From an uncultured candidatus Porisulfidus sp. (GTDB lineage: Bacteria; Pseudomonadota; Gammaproteobacteria; Poriferisulfidales; Poriferisulfidaceae): a stretch of 64,000 nt of DNA. Below, piece by piece: positions 29,251 to 41,045 of the stretch. A program made the translations under genes and the position numbers. Where the stretch lies: NCBI GenBank assembly GCA_965199755.1, contig CBDASZ010000001.1:448001-512000 (forward strand). Direction: 5' to 3'. How positions within the stretch are numbered: position 1 is the stretch's first letter; every line of letters begins with the position of its first letter. The notes below the pieces were generated by a model, which saw nothing but the letters and a program-made list of their open reading frames with translations, was not told the origin of the DNA and did no database searches.

Positions 29251-30507
29251 ATGAACAAGTGGCTGGAAAAACTGACGCAGATTCTGCCGGGCTTCGGCGT
29301 GCGCGATCCGGATCAGGTGGTGGCGCTGGACATCGGCAGTTCCAAAGTGCTGGTGGTGGTGGCGCAGCGCGATGAGGAAGGACGCTTGAATCTGGCTGGA
29401 TTCGGTAGCACGGAGGCGCACGGCATACGCGAAGGCGCGGTGGTCAACATTGAAGAGGCGGTCGATTCCATTCGCAGCGCCGTGAATGAAGCGGAAGCGA
29501 TGGCGGAGTGTCTGATTCGCAAGGTCAACGTCAGTCTTGCCGGCGGTCATGTGCAGAGTCTGGATTCCAGCGGCGCGGTACCGGTGCGCGAGGGCGAGAT
29601 CACGCCGGCGCTGGTGGATCAGGTGCTGGACGCGGCCAGCGCGGTCAAGCTGCCGCACAACAAGGAATTGCTGCACGTGCTACCGAAGGAGTTTGGCATT
29701 GATGATCAATATGGCATTCGCACGCCGCTGGGCATGGCCGGAGTGCGGCTTGATGTGCGGGTGCATCTGGTGGCGGTGGGCACGAGCGCGCTGCATAACT
29801 TGCTGAAGTGTACGCGGCTGTGCGGTCTGGACGCGGAGCGGATTGTGCTCGGACCGCTGGCGGCGAGCGACGCGGTGCTGGAGCCTTCGGAGCGCGAATT
29901 GGGTGTGTGTCTGATCGACATGGGCGGCGGCACCTCGGATTTTGTGGTGTACACCAATGGCGCGGTGCAGTACACCGGTAGCATTCCGCTCGGTGGCAAC
30001 CACGTCAATCGCGACATCGCGGTCGCGCTGGGCGCGCGGGTCGACGATGCCGAGCAAGTGAAGATTCAGTACGGGCAAGCACTTTTTGACACGGCTGAAG
30101 AAGACACGATGCTGGCGGTGCCGGGTCTGGGTGAGCGCCCGGACGCCACGGTCGCCAGTTCCTCGCTGGCCGATGTTATCCGCTCGCGCTATGAGGAAAT
30201 TTTCGAACACATCGACGCCGCGCTGCGCGAAGCGGGATTCCGCGACCAGATCCAGGGGGCGGGCGTAGTGCTGACTGGCGGGGCAGCCATGTTGCGGCAT
30301 CTGGACGCGCTGGCCGAGCAGTGCTTTGGACTTCCGGTGCGCATTGGCGCGCCGCGGCAACTACTTAATTCTCAGGATTCTCGATTCCAGCGGCCGATAT
30401 ACGCCGCGGGAATTGGTCTTTTGGGAGAGGGCCATGCGTGGCAGCCCGAACGGGAATCCTCTCCGAAATCATCTTCGTGGCTCTCACGTGTCCGCGAATG
30501 GTTCTAA
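29251..30507 (+). CDS. ftsA: Cell division protein FtsA
   Basis: LDIGSSKV, IDMGGGTSD, GVVLTGG, C-terminal amphipathic helix WLSRVREWF. Confidence 0.96.
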   Translation: MNKWLEKLTQILPGFGVRDPDQVVALDIGSSKVLVVVAQRDEEGRLNLAGFGSTEAHGIREGAVVNIEEAVDSIRSAVNEAEAMAECLIRKVNVSLAGGHVQSLDSSGAVPVREGEITPALVDQVLDAASAVKLPHNKELLHVLPKEFGIDDQYGIRTPLGMAGVRLDVRVHLVAVGTSALHNLLKCTRLCGLDAERIVLGPLAASDAVLEPSERELGVCLIDMGGGTSDFVVYTNGAVQYTGSIPLGGNHVNRDIAVALGARVDDAEQVKIQYGQALFDTAEEDTMLAVPGLGERPDATVASSSLADVIRSRYEEIFEHIDAALREAGFRDQIQGAGVVLTGGAAMLRHLDALAEQCFGLPVRIGAPRQLLNSQDSRFQRPIYAAGIGLLGEGHAWQPERESSPKSSSWLSRVREWF

Positions 30508-30547
30508 CTTTTCATCAACCCAACTTTTATTTAGGGAGTAATGTGCA

Positions 30548-31876
30548 GTGACTTTATTAAACGAAACGGACGCCAAAGTCCAAACCAACGTAACCGAAGA
30601 GCGTCTTGATGACGCCACGCTGACCTTCAAACTGAGTCCGCGCAAGACCACGGAGGCCCGCATCAAGGTCATTGGCGTGGGCGGCGGCGGTTGCAACGCG
30701 GCGCAGCGGATGGCCTCGGTCGGTATCGATCAGGTCGAGGTGATCGGTGTCAACACTGATTTGCAGCACCTGCGTGAAGCCTGCCCCGACCTGAGCCGGC
30801 GCGTTCAGATCGGCGCGGAGAAGAGCAAGGGGCTCGGTGCGGGCATGGATCCTGAGAAAGGTCTGCAAGCGGCGGAAGAAAGCCGCGAGGAGCTTGAGGA
30901 TCTGGTGCGCGAGACTGATATGCTGTTTCTGACCGCCGGGATGGGCGGCGGCACCGGCACCGGTGCGACGCCGCTGATTGCGGAGTTGGCGCGTTCGAAT
31001 GACGTGCTGACTGTTGCGGTGGTGACGCGACCCTTCAGTTTTGAAGGGAGCAAGCGCTGCAACATTGCCGCGGACGGGATTGAACGGCTGCGTGACTTCG
31101 TGGATGCGGTCATCATCATTCCGAACGATCGACTGCTGAACGAAGAAGAAGATGAAGACAAGCCATTGACGGAAGCCTTCATGGAAGCGAACAAGGTGTT
31201 GCACAACGCGGTGCGGGGGATCTCCGATCTGGTGACGCGACCGGGACAGATCAACACCGACTTCGCCGATGTGCGCAAGGTGATGGAGAATCAGGGTCTG
31301 GCCATCATGGGCACGGGTTCAGCCAGCGGTGTCGGCCGCGCCGAAGAAGCGGTGCATCAGGCCGTCAACAGCCAACTGCTGGAAGAAGTGCGCTTCACCA
31401 ACGCGAGCGGCATTCTGATCAATATCACGACCAACGGCAGTCTGACTGTTCGCGAGTATCGCAGTGTGGTGGATGCCTTGAACACAATGTGTCGCGAGGA
31501 TGCGAATATTGTTCCGGGCACGGTGCTGGATACGTCGCTAGACGACGAGACGCTGGAAGTGACCATTGTGGTGGCTGGCTTTGAGTCGGCAGGTGAGTCC
31601 GCTTCGGCGACACCGCAACAGAAACCGACCGTGATTCCGATGCTGAAACCCGCAGCGCCGAAGGCGGAGCAGCGTGTTGAGGAAGCCAAACAGCCTGAGC
31701 CATCCGTGGCAGGGCCGGAGGCGGTGGCCGAGGAAGAGGAAGCCCAGCCTCAAGTCGCGGCGGTGCCCATGACGGAAGGCGCGACCGCGCTGAAGCCGCA
31801 GCAGCCGGACTGGAACAACGGCAAGACACAGGCAACCTTCAACATTCCGACCTATTTGCGCAAGCAGCATGACTGA
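30548..31876 (+). CDS. ftsZ: Cell division protein FtsZ
   Basis: IKVIGVGGGGCNA, GMGGGTGTG, INTDFADV, C-terminal IPTYLRKQ; start uncertain. Confidence 0.98.
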   Translation: MTLLNETDAKVQTNVTEERLDDATLTFKLSPRKTTEARIKVIGVGGGGCNAAQRMASVGIDQVEVIGVNTDLQHLREACPDLSRRVQIGAEKSKGLGAGMDPEKGLQAAEESREELEDLVRETDMLFLTAGMGGGTGTGATPLIAELARSNDVLTVAVVTRPFSFEGSKRCNIAADGIERLRDFVDAVIIIPNDRLLNEEEDEDKPLTEAFMEANKVLHNAVRGISDLVTRPGQINTDFADVRKVMENQGLAIMGTGSASGVGRAEEAVHQAVNSQLLEEVRFTNASGILINITTNGSLTVREYRSVVDALNTMCREDANIVPGTVLDTSLDDETLEVTIVVAGFESAGESASATPQQKPTVIPMLKPAAPKAEQRVEEAKQPEPSVAGPEAVAEEEEAQPQVAAVPMTEGATALKPQQPDWNNGKTQATFNIPTYLRKQHD

Positions 31877-32061
31877 GCCAGGCGGCTTCTTATCAAAGGA
31901 GAAGCTACCGAGCGCGCTTGCGCGAAATAGGCGCAGGTGAGCGGGTTTGGTGCGCAGTGCACAGGAAATGATGCAATTTTCTCAATTTTCTTGTAATATA
32001 GGCGCACCTTCCCGGCAACCTTGTGTTAGTTCTGCCTTGCACCTTTTGGCGTTCTCTCATT

Positions 32062-32970
32062 ATGATTAGACAGCATACTCTTCGACAGCAGATTTCCGCC
32101 GAAGGCGTTGGGTTGCATAGTGGTGAGAAGATCACGATGTGGCTGCGTCCGGCACCGGTGAATACTGGTGTGGTAATTCGGCGTACTGATCAGGATCCGG
32201 TGGTGCACATTCCCGCCCATCCGGACAATGTCTCGGCGACCCAGTTGTCGACCACCTTGTCTTGCGGCGATGTGCATGTATCGACTGTGGAGCATTTGCT
32301 GTCCGCAGTATCCGGGCTGGGCGTTGACAACCTGTATGTGGATCTGGATGCGCGTGAAATCCCGATCATGGACGGCAGTTCCAACCCGTGGGTGTTTCTG
32401 ATTCACTCCAGCGGCATTGTCGAGCAGGATGCGCCCAAGCAGTACATCCGCATTCGCAAGCCGGTGACCGTGCGTTCGGGTGCCAAGTGGGCGCGTTTGC
32501 AGCCGCACGACGGATTTCGCGTCTCCTTCACCATCAATTTCAATAATTCGGTGATCAACAAGACTCCGTCTTCTGCCACTTTGGATTTGTCGAACACCTC
32601 CTATATCAAGGAAGTGTCGCGGGCGCGCACCTTTGGTTTTCGTCAGGAAGTCGAGGCGCTGCGGGATCAGGGACTGGCGCGGGGCGGCAGTCTGGACAAC
32701 GCGATTGTGATTGATGATCATCGCATTCTCAACGATGACGGTCTGCGTTACCCGGATGAATTTGTGCGCCACAAAATTCTGGACGCGATCGGTGATCTGT
32801 ATTTGCTGGGCAATAGTCTGATCGGCGAGTTCGAAGGCCATTGTTCCGGGCATGAACTCAACTTGCGTCTGCTGCGCAAGCTGCTGGCCGATGAGTCGGC
32901 CTGGGAGCGCATCAGTTTCGAGGACCGCGAGCAGGTCCCGCTGATCTTTGCGGAGCCGGCCACCGCCTGA
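32062..32970 (+). CDS. lpxC: UDP-3-O-acyl-GlcNAc deacetylase
   Basis: [37 protein letters not shown]. Confidence 0.98.
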   Translation: MIRQHTLRQQISAEGVGLHSGEKITMWLRPAPVNTGVVIRRTDQDPVVHIPAHPDNVSATQLSTTLSCGDVHVSTVEHLLSAVSGLGVDNLYVDLDAREIPIMDGSSNPWVFLIHSSGIVEQDAPKQYIRIRKPVTVRSGAKWARLQPHDGFRVSFTINFNNSVINKTPSSATLDLSNTSYIKEVSRARTFGFRQEVEALRDQGLARGGSLDNAIVIDDHRILNDDGLRYPDEFVRHKILDAIGDLYLLGNSLIGEFEGHCSGHELNLRLLRKLLADESAWERISFEDREQVPLIFAEPATA

Positions 32971-32976
32971 GCCGTG

Positions 32977-33321
32977 TCAATCCTGCCCTTTCCGATGCGC
33001 CGCCACTTGAACTTTGATTCGGCGCAAGGGGCACTCCAGTTGGTCCTTGAAGTCAGCGTTGACGCGCTTGAGCAGTTCGCGCTGCTGGTAATGAATCAGC
33101 GACGCGCAGTTGCCATCCGTAACCGTAACCGTCATGGTATCCTCCTTGACATGACTGCACCAGCATTCCGTCGCACCGTCATCGGCCAGTTGCGCGCGCA
33201 AGGTGCGGCTGATTTCCAGTTGCAGACGCAACGTCGCGACTAGGCGCTCATCGAGATGATCAAACAGGCGATTCACAGTACAGGACGGCATCTTGTCGGG
33301 GCCGCTTCTATTATCCGTCAT
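32977..33321 (-). CDS. DciA / DUF721 family protein (start uncertain)
   Basis: Short reverse-strand gene between lpxC and the M23 peptidase, the conserved position for DciA; TVTVTDGNCASLIHYQQRELLKRV..IKVQV pattern. Confidence 0.65.
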   Translation of the reverse strand: MTDNRSGPDKMPSCTVNRLFDHLDERLVATLRLQLEISRTLRAQLADDGATECWCSHVKEDTMTVTVTDGNCASLIHYQQRELLKRVNADFKDQLECPLRRIKVQVAAHRKGQD

Positions 33322-34206
33322 GCGCTGCAGCGGTATGAATCGCGTCGCAATATAGGGCGTTTTGGCCTTGGCGTGATCGCCGTGGTGCTGGTCGGACAAC
33401 TGGTGGTGGTGGCCTATCATCAAGGCGGTTTGCATCAGCGCGATGACGTGCTGGCGCGCGTGGATGTGGCGCTGCACAGTCATGCGGATTCTCTGGAGCA
33501 ATTGCGCCGCGAGGAACAAACCCATACCAATGCATTGGCGCAGCAGGTGGCGCGCCTGCAGGCGCATATCACACGGCTGAACGCGCTTGGCATGGTGCTG
33601 AGCGATCTGGCCCAGGTGAGTTCGGATACGGCGTTTGACTTCAATTCGGAGCCAGGTCTCGGCGGGCGCATACCGACGGCCAGCGCCGAAGTCAGTGAAC
33701 AGGAACTGGCCGCGTCAGTCGCGACGCTGCATCATCAGGTGGAAGACAGCCAGTTGCGGCTTGAAATCCTGCGCGAATTGCTGCATCACCGTCACGTGAC
33801 GCAAGCCATGCGGCCAAGCAGTTGGCCGGTTCAGGGCGGCTGGGTGTCGTCTTATTACGGCATGCGCAAAGACCCGTTCCATGGCGGTCGGGCGTTTCAT
33901 CATGGTGTGGACATCGCCAGCACCCACCGGGCGCGTATTTACGCGGCCGCGCCAGGTCAAGTGGAATACGTCGGGCGTCGCAGCGGCTACGGCATCATGG
34001 TGGAGTTATCGCATGGCGACGGCTACCGGACCCGTTATGCCCATGCCAGCAAGATTCTGGTCAAGCCCGGACAATTCGTGGAGCGCGGTCAGGAGATTGC
34101 GCTAGTGGGTTCTACCGGACGGTCCACCGGTGACCACCTTCATTTTGAAGTGCTGCAAAACGGCAAAGCGGTCAATCCGTTAAATTTCCTTGCGGCGCGC
34201 CGCTGA
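33256..34206 (+). CDS. M23 family metallopeptidase (true start may be further downstream)
   Basis: WPVQGGWVSSYYG.RKDPF, HHGVDIA, TRYAH, GSTGRSTGDHLHFEV. Confidence 0.9.
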   Translation: MIKQAIHSTGRHLVGAASIIRHALQRYESRRNIGRFGLGVIAVVLVGQLVVVAYHQGGLHQRDDVLARVDVALHSHADSLEQLRREEQTHTNALAQQVARLQAHITRLNALGMVLSDLAQVSSDTAFDFNSEPGLGGRIPTASAEVSEQELAASVATLHHQVEDSQLRLEILRELLHHRHVTQAMRPSSWPVQGGWVSSYYGMRKDPFHGGRAFHHGVDIASTHRARIYAAAPGQVEYVGRRSGYGIMVELSHGDGYRTRYAHASKILVKPGQFVERGQEIALVGSTGRSTGDHLHFEVLQNGKAVNPLNFLAARR

Positions 34207-34254
34207 GGCGGGTTCGCCCCTTTATAATCTCGGTCTTATTCGACCGGTCTCCTG

Positions 34255-36951
34255 ATGTTTTCCGTACTCGCGCGAAAAGTCTTCGGCAGCCGCAACCAGA
34301 GAACCCTCAAGAAGCATCGACGCGCGGTGGCGCGCATCAATGCGCTGGAAGCGGAACTGCAAACCAGCACGGACGCGCAACTGCGCGCCCGCGCCGAGGC
34401 GTGCCGGGAGGCGATGCGTGACGGCGCGACGCTGGAATCACAACTGGAAGAAGTCTTCGCGCTGGTGCGGGAGGTAGCGCAGCGCAGTCTGGGCATGCGG
34501 CACTTCGATGTGCAGTTGATCGGCGGCATGGTGCTGCATGAAGGCGGCATCTCCGAGATGCGCACCGGTGAAGGCAAGACTCTGGTGGCGACCTTGCCGG
34601 CCTGTCTGCATGCGCTGGCTGGGCAGAGTGTGCATGTGGTCACGGTCAACGATTATCTGGCGCGGCGCGATGCCGACTGGATGCGCCCGGTGTACGTGGC
34701 GCTGGGGCTGAACGTGGGCGTGATCGTGCAGGGCTTGAATCAGCCGCAGCGTCGGGAAGCTTATGGCGCGGATGTGACCTACGGCACCAACAACGAGTTT
34801 GGTTTTGATTATTTGCGCGACAACATGGTATTCAAGGCCGAGCAGCGGGTCATGCGCGGCCAGGACTTCGCCATTGTCGACGAAGTGGACTCGATTCTGA
34901 TTGACGAATCACGCACGCCTTTGATTATCTCCGGGCCGACCGAGGACCGCACTGACCTTTATCACAAGATGGGCCGTCTGGTGCCCGCCTTGACGCCGCA
35001 AGAGGAAGAAGAAGGGCCGGGCGACTACCGCATTGATGAGAAGGCGCGTCAGGTGCACCTGACCGAAGACGGACACCACAAAGTGGAAGAATTGCTGGCG
35101 CGTGAGCAGTTGATTCCGCCCGGCGCAAGCCTGTATGAGGTCGGGCACATTCGCCTGCTGCACCATGTCAACGCGGCCTTGCGCGCGCAAACCTTGTTTG
35201 CGCGGGATCGCGACTACATCGTCTCCGAAGAAGGCAAGATCGTCATCATCGACGAGTTCACTGGGCGCAAGATGCCGGGCCGGCGCTGGTCGGACGGATT
35301 GCATCAGGCGGTGGAAGCTAAGGAGGGCGTGCCGGTTGAGACCGAAAACCAGACGGTTGCCTCGATCACCTTCCAGAATTATTTCCGGCTGTACGACCTG
35401 CTCGCCGGCATGACTGGCACGGCCGATACCGAAGCCTACGAGTTTCAGGAGATCTACGGACTGGACGTGGTGGTGGTGCCGACCCACCAGCCCATGGTCA
35501 GACAGGATTTGGGCGACATGGTGTTTTTGACCGAAGCGGAGAAGTATGAGGCGGTGCTCGAGGACATTCAGGAGTGCGTAGGGCGCGGCCAGCCGGTGCT
35601 GGTCGGCACCACCTCTATTGCCAACTCCGAACGTCTGGCCGGTATGCTCAAAGGTGCCGACATCGTGCATCAGGTGCTGAACGCGAAGTTCCATGAGCGC
35701 GAGTCGCAGATCATCGCGCAGGCCGGACGGCCGGGAACCGTGACCATTGCCACCAACATGGCCGGTCGCGGCACTGACATTGTGCTTGGCGGTGCACCGG
35801 AGGCTTTGGCGGAAGACGCGACAGCAGAGCAGCGTGCGGCGGCGGAACAGGACTGGCAGCAGCGGCATGAGAAGGTGGTCACAGCCGGCGGGCTGCACAT
35901 CATCGGCACCGAACGACACGAGTCCCGGCGCGTGGACAATCAGTTGCGCGGGCGTTCCGGGCGTCAGGGAGATCCGGGCTCCAGCCGGTTTTATCTGTCG
36001 CTGGAAGACAGCTTGATTCGCATCTTCGCGTCCGAGAAGATGGCGGCGTTGATGCAGCGTCTCGGCATGAAAGAAGGCGAGGTCATCGAACATCCCTGGG
36101 TCACCAAGGCGATCGGCAACGCACAGCGCAAGGTGGAGGCGCGCAACTTTGACATTCGCAAGCATCTGCTGGAGTTTGACAACGTGATCAACGATCAGCG
36201 CGGCGTGGTGTACGGCCAGCGCGATGCGATCATGGACGCCGAAGACCTGTCTGACAACGTGCGCACTCTTCGCGATGATCTGGTAGAGCGCCTGTTTCGG
36301 GAGCACATTCCCGCCGACAGCATGGAAGAGAACTGGAACGTTTCGGAGCTTGAACAGGTGCTGCACGAGACTTTCGGGCTGAACTTGCCGCTGCGTTCCT
36401 GGCTGGATGAGGAGCGCGAGTTGAATGACGCGGCTTTGCTGCAGCGGATTGAACCGCCGGTGGCGGAGTTGCTTGAAGCGAAGGAAAAAAAGATCACGTC
36501 ACCGGTCATGCGCCAGTTGGAGAAAGACTTGCTGCTGGCGACGCTGGATGGACACTGGAAGGAGCACCTGGCGCTAATGGATCACCTGCGCCAAGGCATT
36601 GGCCTGCGCAGTTACGCGCAGAAAAACCCCAAACAGGAATACAAGCGCGAGGCCTTCGCGATGTTCCAAGAGATGCTCGATCGCATCGAACACGACTTCG
36701 TGCAAACGCTCTACCTGATAGAACTGCGCTCAACGGAGGAACTCGGCACGCTGGAGAAGCCGGCCACGGCGGAGTCCGATCTGAACTATCAGGCCCCGTC
36801 CGCCGCGCCACCGCGATTGGCTCCCGCGCCTGCATCCGCCATCCCGGCTCGCCGCAGTACGCGCAAAGTGGGGCGCAATGAACCGTGTCCGTGCGGTTCC
36901 GGCAAGAAATACAAGCACTGCTGTGGCGCGCAGCAGCGCAAGACAGGATGA
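34255..36951 (+). CDS. secA: Preprotein translocase ATPase SecA
   Basis: [30 protein letters not shown]-terminal [18 protein letters not shown]. Confidence 0.99.
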   Translation: MFSVLARKVFGSRNQRTLKKHRRAVARINALEAELQTSTDAQLRARAEACREAMRDGATLESQLEEVFALVREVAQRSLGMRHFDVQLIGGMVLHEGGISEMRTGEGKTLVATLPACLHALAGQSVHVVTVNDYLARRDADWMRPVYVALGLNVGVIVQGLNQPQRREAYGADVTYGTNNEFGFDYLRDNMVFKAEQRVMRGQDFAIVDEVDSILIDESRTPLIISGPTEDRTDLYHKMGRLVPALTPQEEEEGPGDYRIDEKARQVHLTEDGHHKVEELLAREQLIPPGASLYEVGHIRLLHHVNAALRAQTLFARDRDYIVSEEGKIVIIDEFTGRKMPGRRWSDGLHQAVEAKEGVPVETENQTVASITFQNYFRLYDLLAGMTGTADTEAYEFQEIYGLDVVVVPTHQPMVRQDLGDMVFLTEAEKYEAVLEDIQECVGRGQPVLVGTTSIANSERLAGMLKGADIVHQVLNAKFHERESQIIAQAGRPGTVTIATNMAGRGTDIVLGGAPEALAEDATAEQRAAAEQDWQQRHEKVVTAGGLHIIGTERHESRRVDNQLRGRSGRQGDPGSSRFYLSLEDSLIRIFASEKMAALMQRLGMKEGEVIEHPWVTKAIGNAQRKVEARNFDIRKHLLEFDNVINDQRGVVYGQRDAIMDAEDLSDNVRTLRDDLVERLFREHIPADSMEENWNVSELEQVLHETFGLNLPLRSWLDEERELNDAALLQRIEPPVAELLEAKEKKITSPVMRQLEKDLLLATLDGHWKEHLALMDHLRQGIGLRSYAQKNPKQEYKREAFAMFQEMLDRIEHDFVQTLYLIELRSTEELGTLEKPATAESDLNYQAPSAAPPRLAPAPASAIPARRSTRKVGRNEPCPCGSGKKYKHCCGAQQRKTG

Positions 36952-38141
36952 GTGACACGCACGCCATCGCCGGAGTACGTCTGGCGGCTGCTCGTGCCGG
37001 GCTGTATGCGTCGGATCGTCTGGACGTGGCGGTGCTGGAGTTGGCACCGGGCGCTGAGACGGCCGCGGTGTTCACGCTCAATCTTTTTTGTGCGGCGCCG
37101 GTGCAACTGGCGCGCGAACATCTGGAGCAGGAGCGACCGCGTCTGCTGTTGATCAACGCCGGATGTGCCAATGCGGGCACCGGCGCGCAAGGCATAGCGG
37201 ATGCGCAGGAGACCTGCCGCGCCGCGGCCATGGCGTTTGGGCTGGAGCCGCAACAAGTGCTGCCGTTTTCGACGGGCGTTATTGGTGAGCCGCTGCCCGT
37301 CGCGGCGATCAACGCGGCGCTGCCGGATTTGCATGAAGCGCTGACGGAAGAGGCATGGCCGGCGGCGGCTGAGGCGATAATGACCACCGACACGCACGCC
37401 AAAGTACACAGCCGTGATCTGCAACTTTCAGGCGGTCATATTCGGGTCACTGGTATGGCCAAAGGCGCGGGTATGATTTGCCCGGACATGGCGACCATGC
37501 TGGCCTTCGTAGCCACTGATTTGCAGGTGGAGGCAGAGCCTCTGCGCGCCACTTTGAATGCGGTGCTGCCGCATTCCTTTCATGCGATCACTGTGGACGG
37601 CGACACCTCGACCAATGATGCTTGCGTCTTGAGTGCGAGCGGGGCGAGCGGGATCGCATACGCGGATTTGAGCGTGGAGGATCGCGAGAGTTGGGCGGCG
37701 GCGGTACGCGACGTGTGCGTGGCGCTCGCTGAAGACATCGTGCGTGACGCCGAAGGGGCGACGCGCTGCATCCGTATTGAGGTGGAACAGGCCGCGTCCG
37801 ACGCGCAGGCGCAACGGGTGGCGCGGGCTGTCGCGCACTCGCCGCTGGTGAAGACGGCCGCGTTTGCAGGTGATCCGAACTGGGGACGCATTCTGGCAGC
37901 GGTGGGGCGCAGTGCGGAGGACATGCGCCTGGAAGCGGTCGAAATCTGGCTGGATGCGGTGCGCGTGGTGCGCGATGGCGGACGGGACCCGGACTACTTC
38001 GAACAGCAAGGAGTTGACGTGATGCAGCAGGATGCCTTCACGATTCGGATCTGTCTGGGGATGGGTGACTCTTCCGCAGTGATCACCACGTCAGATCTGT
38101 CTTACGATTACGTCAAGATCAACGCCGAATACCGGACCTGA
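36948..38141 (+). CDS. argJ: Bifunctional ornithine acetyltransferase ArgJ
   Basis: [51 protein letters not shown]. Confidence 0.97.
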   Translation: MSDTHAIAGVRLAAARAGLYASDRLDVAVLELAPGAETAAVFTLNLFCAAPVQLAREHLEQERPRLLLINAGCANAGTGAQGIADAQETCRAAAMAFGLEPQQVLPFSTGVIGEPLPVAAINAALPDLHEALTEEAWPAAAEAIMTTDTHAKVHSRDLQLSGGHIRVTGMAKGAGMICPDMATMLAFVATDLQVEAEPLRATLNAVLPHSFHAITVDGDTSTNDACVLSASGASGIAYADLSVEDRESWAAAVRDVCVALAEDIVRDAEGATRCIRIEVEQAASDAQAQRVARAVAHSPLVKTAAFAGDPNWGRILAAVGRSAEDMRLEAVEIWLDAVRVVRDGGRDPDYFEQQGVDVMQQDAFTIRICLGMGDSSAVITTSDLSYDYVKINAEYRT

Positions 38142-38145
38142 GATC

Positions 38146-39093
38146 GTGGGCGGGCAGCCGACTACGGTCGTGGCGGGGGCGCTCATTAGGCAGGCAGCGG
38201 ACGGATCGTCGCAGGTGTTGCTGGCGCAGCGTTATGCAGAGGCGCACCAGGGCGGCAAGTGGGAGTTTCCTGGCGGCAAAATGGAAGCCGGTGAGACAGC
38301 CGAACAGACGCTGGTACGCGAACTGCGCGAAGAGACCGGTATTGAAGCGCTGCGCTGGGAGCAATTGATTCGCTTCCCGTTCACCTATCCTGAATTTGTC
38401 ATGGATTTCGAGGTGTTCCGCGTGACCGAATGGCGCGATGAACCGCGCGCGCTGGCCTCACAAGAACTTCGTTGGGTCGCGCTGGATGCCTTGCGCGACA
38501 CGCCGACACCGCCCGCATCACAAGCGGTCATTCGCGCGCTGGAATTGCCGCCTCACTATGCGATCAGTGCGGATCCAGGAGACGATCATGAGGTTTGGTG
38601 GGCGGCGCTGGAGGCGACACTGGCGCGCGAGGTGCGTTTGCTTCAGTTGCGTATGCATGACTACCCATCGGATGACTTCGCGTCTTTTGCCGCACAGGTC
38701 ATTTCGCGCGTGCGCGCGGCGGGCGTGCGCATACTGCTGAATGCCGAACCGCAGCTGGCGCTGCGACTGGAGGCGGATGGTGTGCACCTGACGAGTCGAC
38801 GGTTGCAGCCGGGATTGCGCACGTTGCTTCCGCGGGATTTTCTCATTGGCGCGTCGTGTCACGATGCGCGTGAACTCGCGCAAGCACAGGCGGCGGATGC
38901 GGATTTCGCGGTGCTGTCACCGGTGTGCGAAGGGCACGCGGCATCGGTGCTGGGACTGGAAGGGTTCGCGGCGCTGGTGAATGAAGTAGCACTGCCGGTA
39001 TATGCGCTCGGCGGCATGCAGGATTCGGATCTCCCGGATGTGATCGCGCACGGCGGGCAGGGTATTGCCGCGATTCGCGGCTTGTGGGGCTGA
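38146..39093 (+). CDS. mutT: 8-oxo-dGTP diphosphatase MutT fused to a thiamine-phosphate-synthase-like domain
   Basis: Nudix box WEFPGGKMEAGE....LVRELREETG; C-terminal GASCHD..ADFAVLSPV..PVYALGG. Confidence 0.88.
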   Translation: MGGQPTTVVAGALIRQAADGSSQVLLAQRYAEAHQGGKWEFPGGKMEAGETAEQTLVRELREETGIEALRWEQLIRFPFTYPEFVMDFEVFRVTEWRDEPRALASQELRWVALDALRDTPTPPASQAVIRALELPPHYAISADPGDDHEVWWAALEATLAREVRLLQLRMHDYPSDDFASFAAQVISRVRAAGVRILLNAEPQLALRLEADGVHLTSRRLQPGLRTLLPRDFLIGASCHDARELAQAQAADADFAVLSPVCEGHAASVLGLEGFAALVNEVALPVYALGGMQDSDLPDVIAHGGQGIAAIRGLWG

Positions 39094-39098
39094 GACGA

Positions 39099-39425
39099 TC
39101 AGCCGAATACAGTGCCGATAAAGTACGTGGTCAGATAAATGGCAAGCAGTCCCAGCATGGACAGCTGACACAGCGCGGTGATGAAGCTGCGTTTGTGGTG
39201 CGCGCTTGGGAACAGCGCCAGTCCAAATATCGGCGCGGCGAGTGCCGCGAGGGCAATCATCTGGACGCACAGGGTCTGGCAGCTGCGCTGATCAAAGTTG
39301 CCGGAAAGCATCTGATACACCAGCACGCTCGCCAATGCCCAACTGATGACGGCCGCGAATACCGGCCATGGGTGAATCCGCCCTCCGGCGCTGCTGGCAT
39401 AATACTTAGTATCCATTCCATTCAT
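39099..39425 (-). CDS. Hypothetical small membrane protein
   Basis: Three hydrophobic segments; fills the gap between mutT and the next gene. Confidence 0.6.
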   Translation of the reverse strand: MNGMDTKYYASSAGGRIHPWPVFAAVISWALASVLVYQMLSGNFDQRSCQTLCVQMIALAALAAPIFGLALFPSAHHKRSFITALCQLSMLGLLAIYLTTYFIGTVFG

Positions 39426-39472
39426 TCTACCTGAAGCCTGATGTCACCACGGAATAGCGTAGGGATGCCGCG

Positions 39473-39883
39473 ATGAATTTCAGTTCTCCAATTGAGGTCG
39501 AGAAGACGTTTTACGATGCCTTCTCACGACAGGACATGGATGTCATGATGAGCGTGTGGGCAGAGGATCGGCCGATTTACTGTATCCACCCCGGCGGCGT
39601 GCTGCTGACGGACCGCGCCGACGTGGCCGAGAGTTGGTCGCGCATTTTTCAGGCGAAGACACCGTTTCATTTTGAACTGGAATACTTCCATCGCGAAATC
39701 TTTGATCAAGTGGCCATCTCGCATCTGAGCGAGACCTTGTTTTTGCACAATCGCATGGTCGGCGTGGTGCTGGTCACCAACACTTACTATCAGACGCCTG
39801 AGGGATGGCGCATGATCATGCACCATGCTTCGCCGCAGCCGGAGTCGGAGGAGCCGTCACCGGAGATTCCGGTCTTTCACTAA
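39473..39883 (+). CDS. SnoaL/NTF2-like family protein
   Basis: FYDAF...DMD.MMSVWA..IYCIHPGG..SW..IF..GWRMIMHHASP. Confidence 0.85.
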   Translation: MNFSSPIEVEKTFYDAFSRQDMDVMMSVWAEDRPIYCIHPGGVLLTDRADVAESWSRIFQAKTPFHFELEYFHREIFDQVAISHLSETLFLHNRMVGVVLVTNTYYQTPEGWRMIMHHASPQPESEEPSPEIPVFH

Positions 39884-41045
39884 ATTCTTCCGGCAACAGA
39901 CTGACCGTGCGGCGGAAGTACTGCTGCGCCGCGTCATGTTCGCCCAGGTGTTCCAGCGTCAGCGCGATCTCTCGACACAGTGCGACGCTCATATCGTGAG
40001 CTTCCGCTTCCCGCAAGCACGTCAAAGCCTTTTCCCACTGCTGTAGTCGATTCAGCACGCGCGCCTTGGCGCGCAGCAGCGCGGTATGTTCGGGGTTCTT
40101 TTTCAGCCAGCGATTGATGTGCTGCAATAGCGCTTCGGGTTCGGATTGCGGTAGCTGCGAATACAGTGCCAGCAAGGCTTCATCCAGTTGCATGCTCAGT
40201 CGCTCACGAAGGTACGCTTCCAGTTGTGGCGTGTCATGTTGGGCGTGTTGCAGTCCCTGCAGGTACAACTGCAAGGCAGCCGGGTCATCACGTGCGGCTT
40301 CGAGTGTTCTCCACACGATATTCAGGCGTTCTGTGGTCGCTTTGGCGAGCAGCGGGCGCAGGGCAGTGCGCGCCCATTGCCGGGAGTCATCAGCCACGGC
40401 TCGCGCGGCCTTGCTTTGGCTGAGTTCCAGCAAGGGCATCCAGTTGTTCAGTTCCTGATAGCAACGCGCCCACTGGCGCAAGGAGCGGGGCTGCGTAGCG
40501 TCCTCAGGGGACATCTCCTGCAGTACCGCGAGGGCTTCTTCCCATTTTTCTGAGGCGATCAGTCCGTCGATGCGCAGCGCCGTGGCCACTGGCGCATAGT
40601 CCGATTCATCGGCGATCGCGCGCAGATGTTTGTCCCAAAGTTCGGGGTTGTTGGTTTGCACGCCGGAAGCGGCGGCCAGCAAGTGAAACAGCGGATGGCT
40701 CGGGTCGGTGTGCGCGGCCTGCTCCAGTTCCTTGTGCGCTTGCGCCTTGTCGCCGTGAAGCCACAGGCGCACGCCGCGGGTAAAGGCACGCTCGGCGCGG
40801 TTGTGTTTCAGATTCTGGTAGCGGGAATGCAGTCTCCCCGGTGCGCTCAGCAGATACGCCAGCGTCCACACCACGACAAAAAACCCCGAAAACACGCCAA
40901 TACCCAACAGTACCGCCATCAGCAAGGAGGCGCGCGCGCTGGTCTCACCGATGTGAAAGATGACCTCGCCGCCCTGAAACTGCGACAGCCAGGTGGCGAG
41001 CGCCGCACACAGCAGGGCCACAAAGGTCAGGGCCAGCAATCTCAT
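39816..41045 (-). CDS. hemY: HemY N-terminal domain / TPR membrane protein
   Basis: Two N-terminal TM segments plus helical repeats; follows hemX in hemCDXY. Confidence 0.7.
   Translation of the reverse strand: MRLLALTFVALLCAALATWLSQFQGGEVIFHIGETSARASLLMAVLLGIGVFSGFFVVVWTLAYLLSAPGRLHSRYQNLKHNRAERAFTRGVRLWLHGDKAQAHKELEQAAHTDPSHPLFHLLAAASGVQTNNPELWDKHLRAIADESDYAPVATALRIDGLIASEKWEEALAVLQEMSPEDATQPRSLRQWARCYQELNNWMPLLELSQSKAARAVADDSRQWARTALRPLLAKATTERLNIVWRTLEAARDDPAALQLYLQGLQHAQHDTPQLEAYLRERLSMQLDEALLALYSQLPQSEPEALLQHINRWLKKNPEHTALLRAKARVLNRLQQWEKALTCLREAEAHDMSVALCREIALTLEHLGEHDAAQQYFRRTVSLLPEEFSERPESPVTAPPTPAAAKHGA

Noticed and set aside
16097-36366. Long antisense ORFs opposite ftsI, murF, murC and secA (e.g. 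438, 317, 360 and 485 aa)
   Set aside because: A typical artefact of GC-rich codon usage opposite conserved genes; no motifs
39816-39883. 68-bp convergent overlap between hemY and the SnoaL-like gene
   Set aside because: Low-complexity tails on both proteins; most likely simple stop-codon drift
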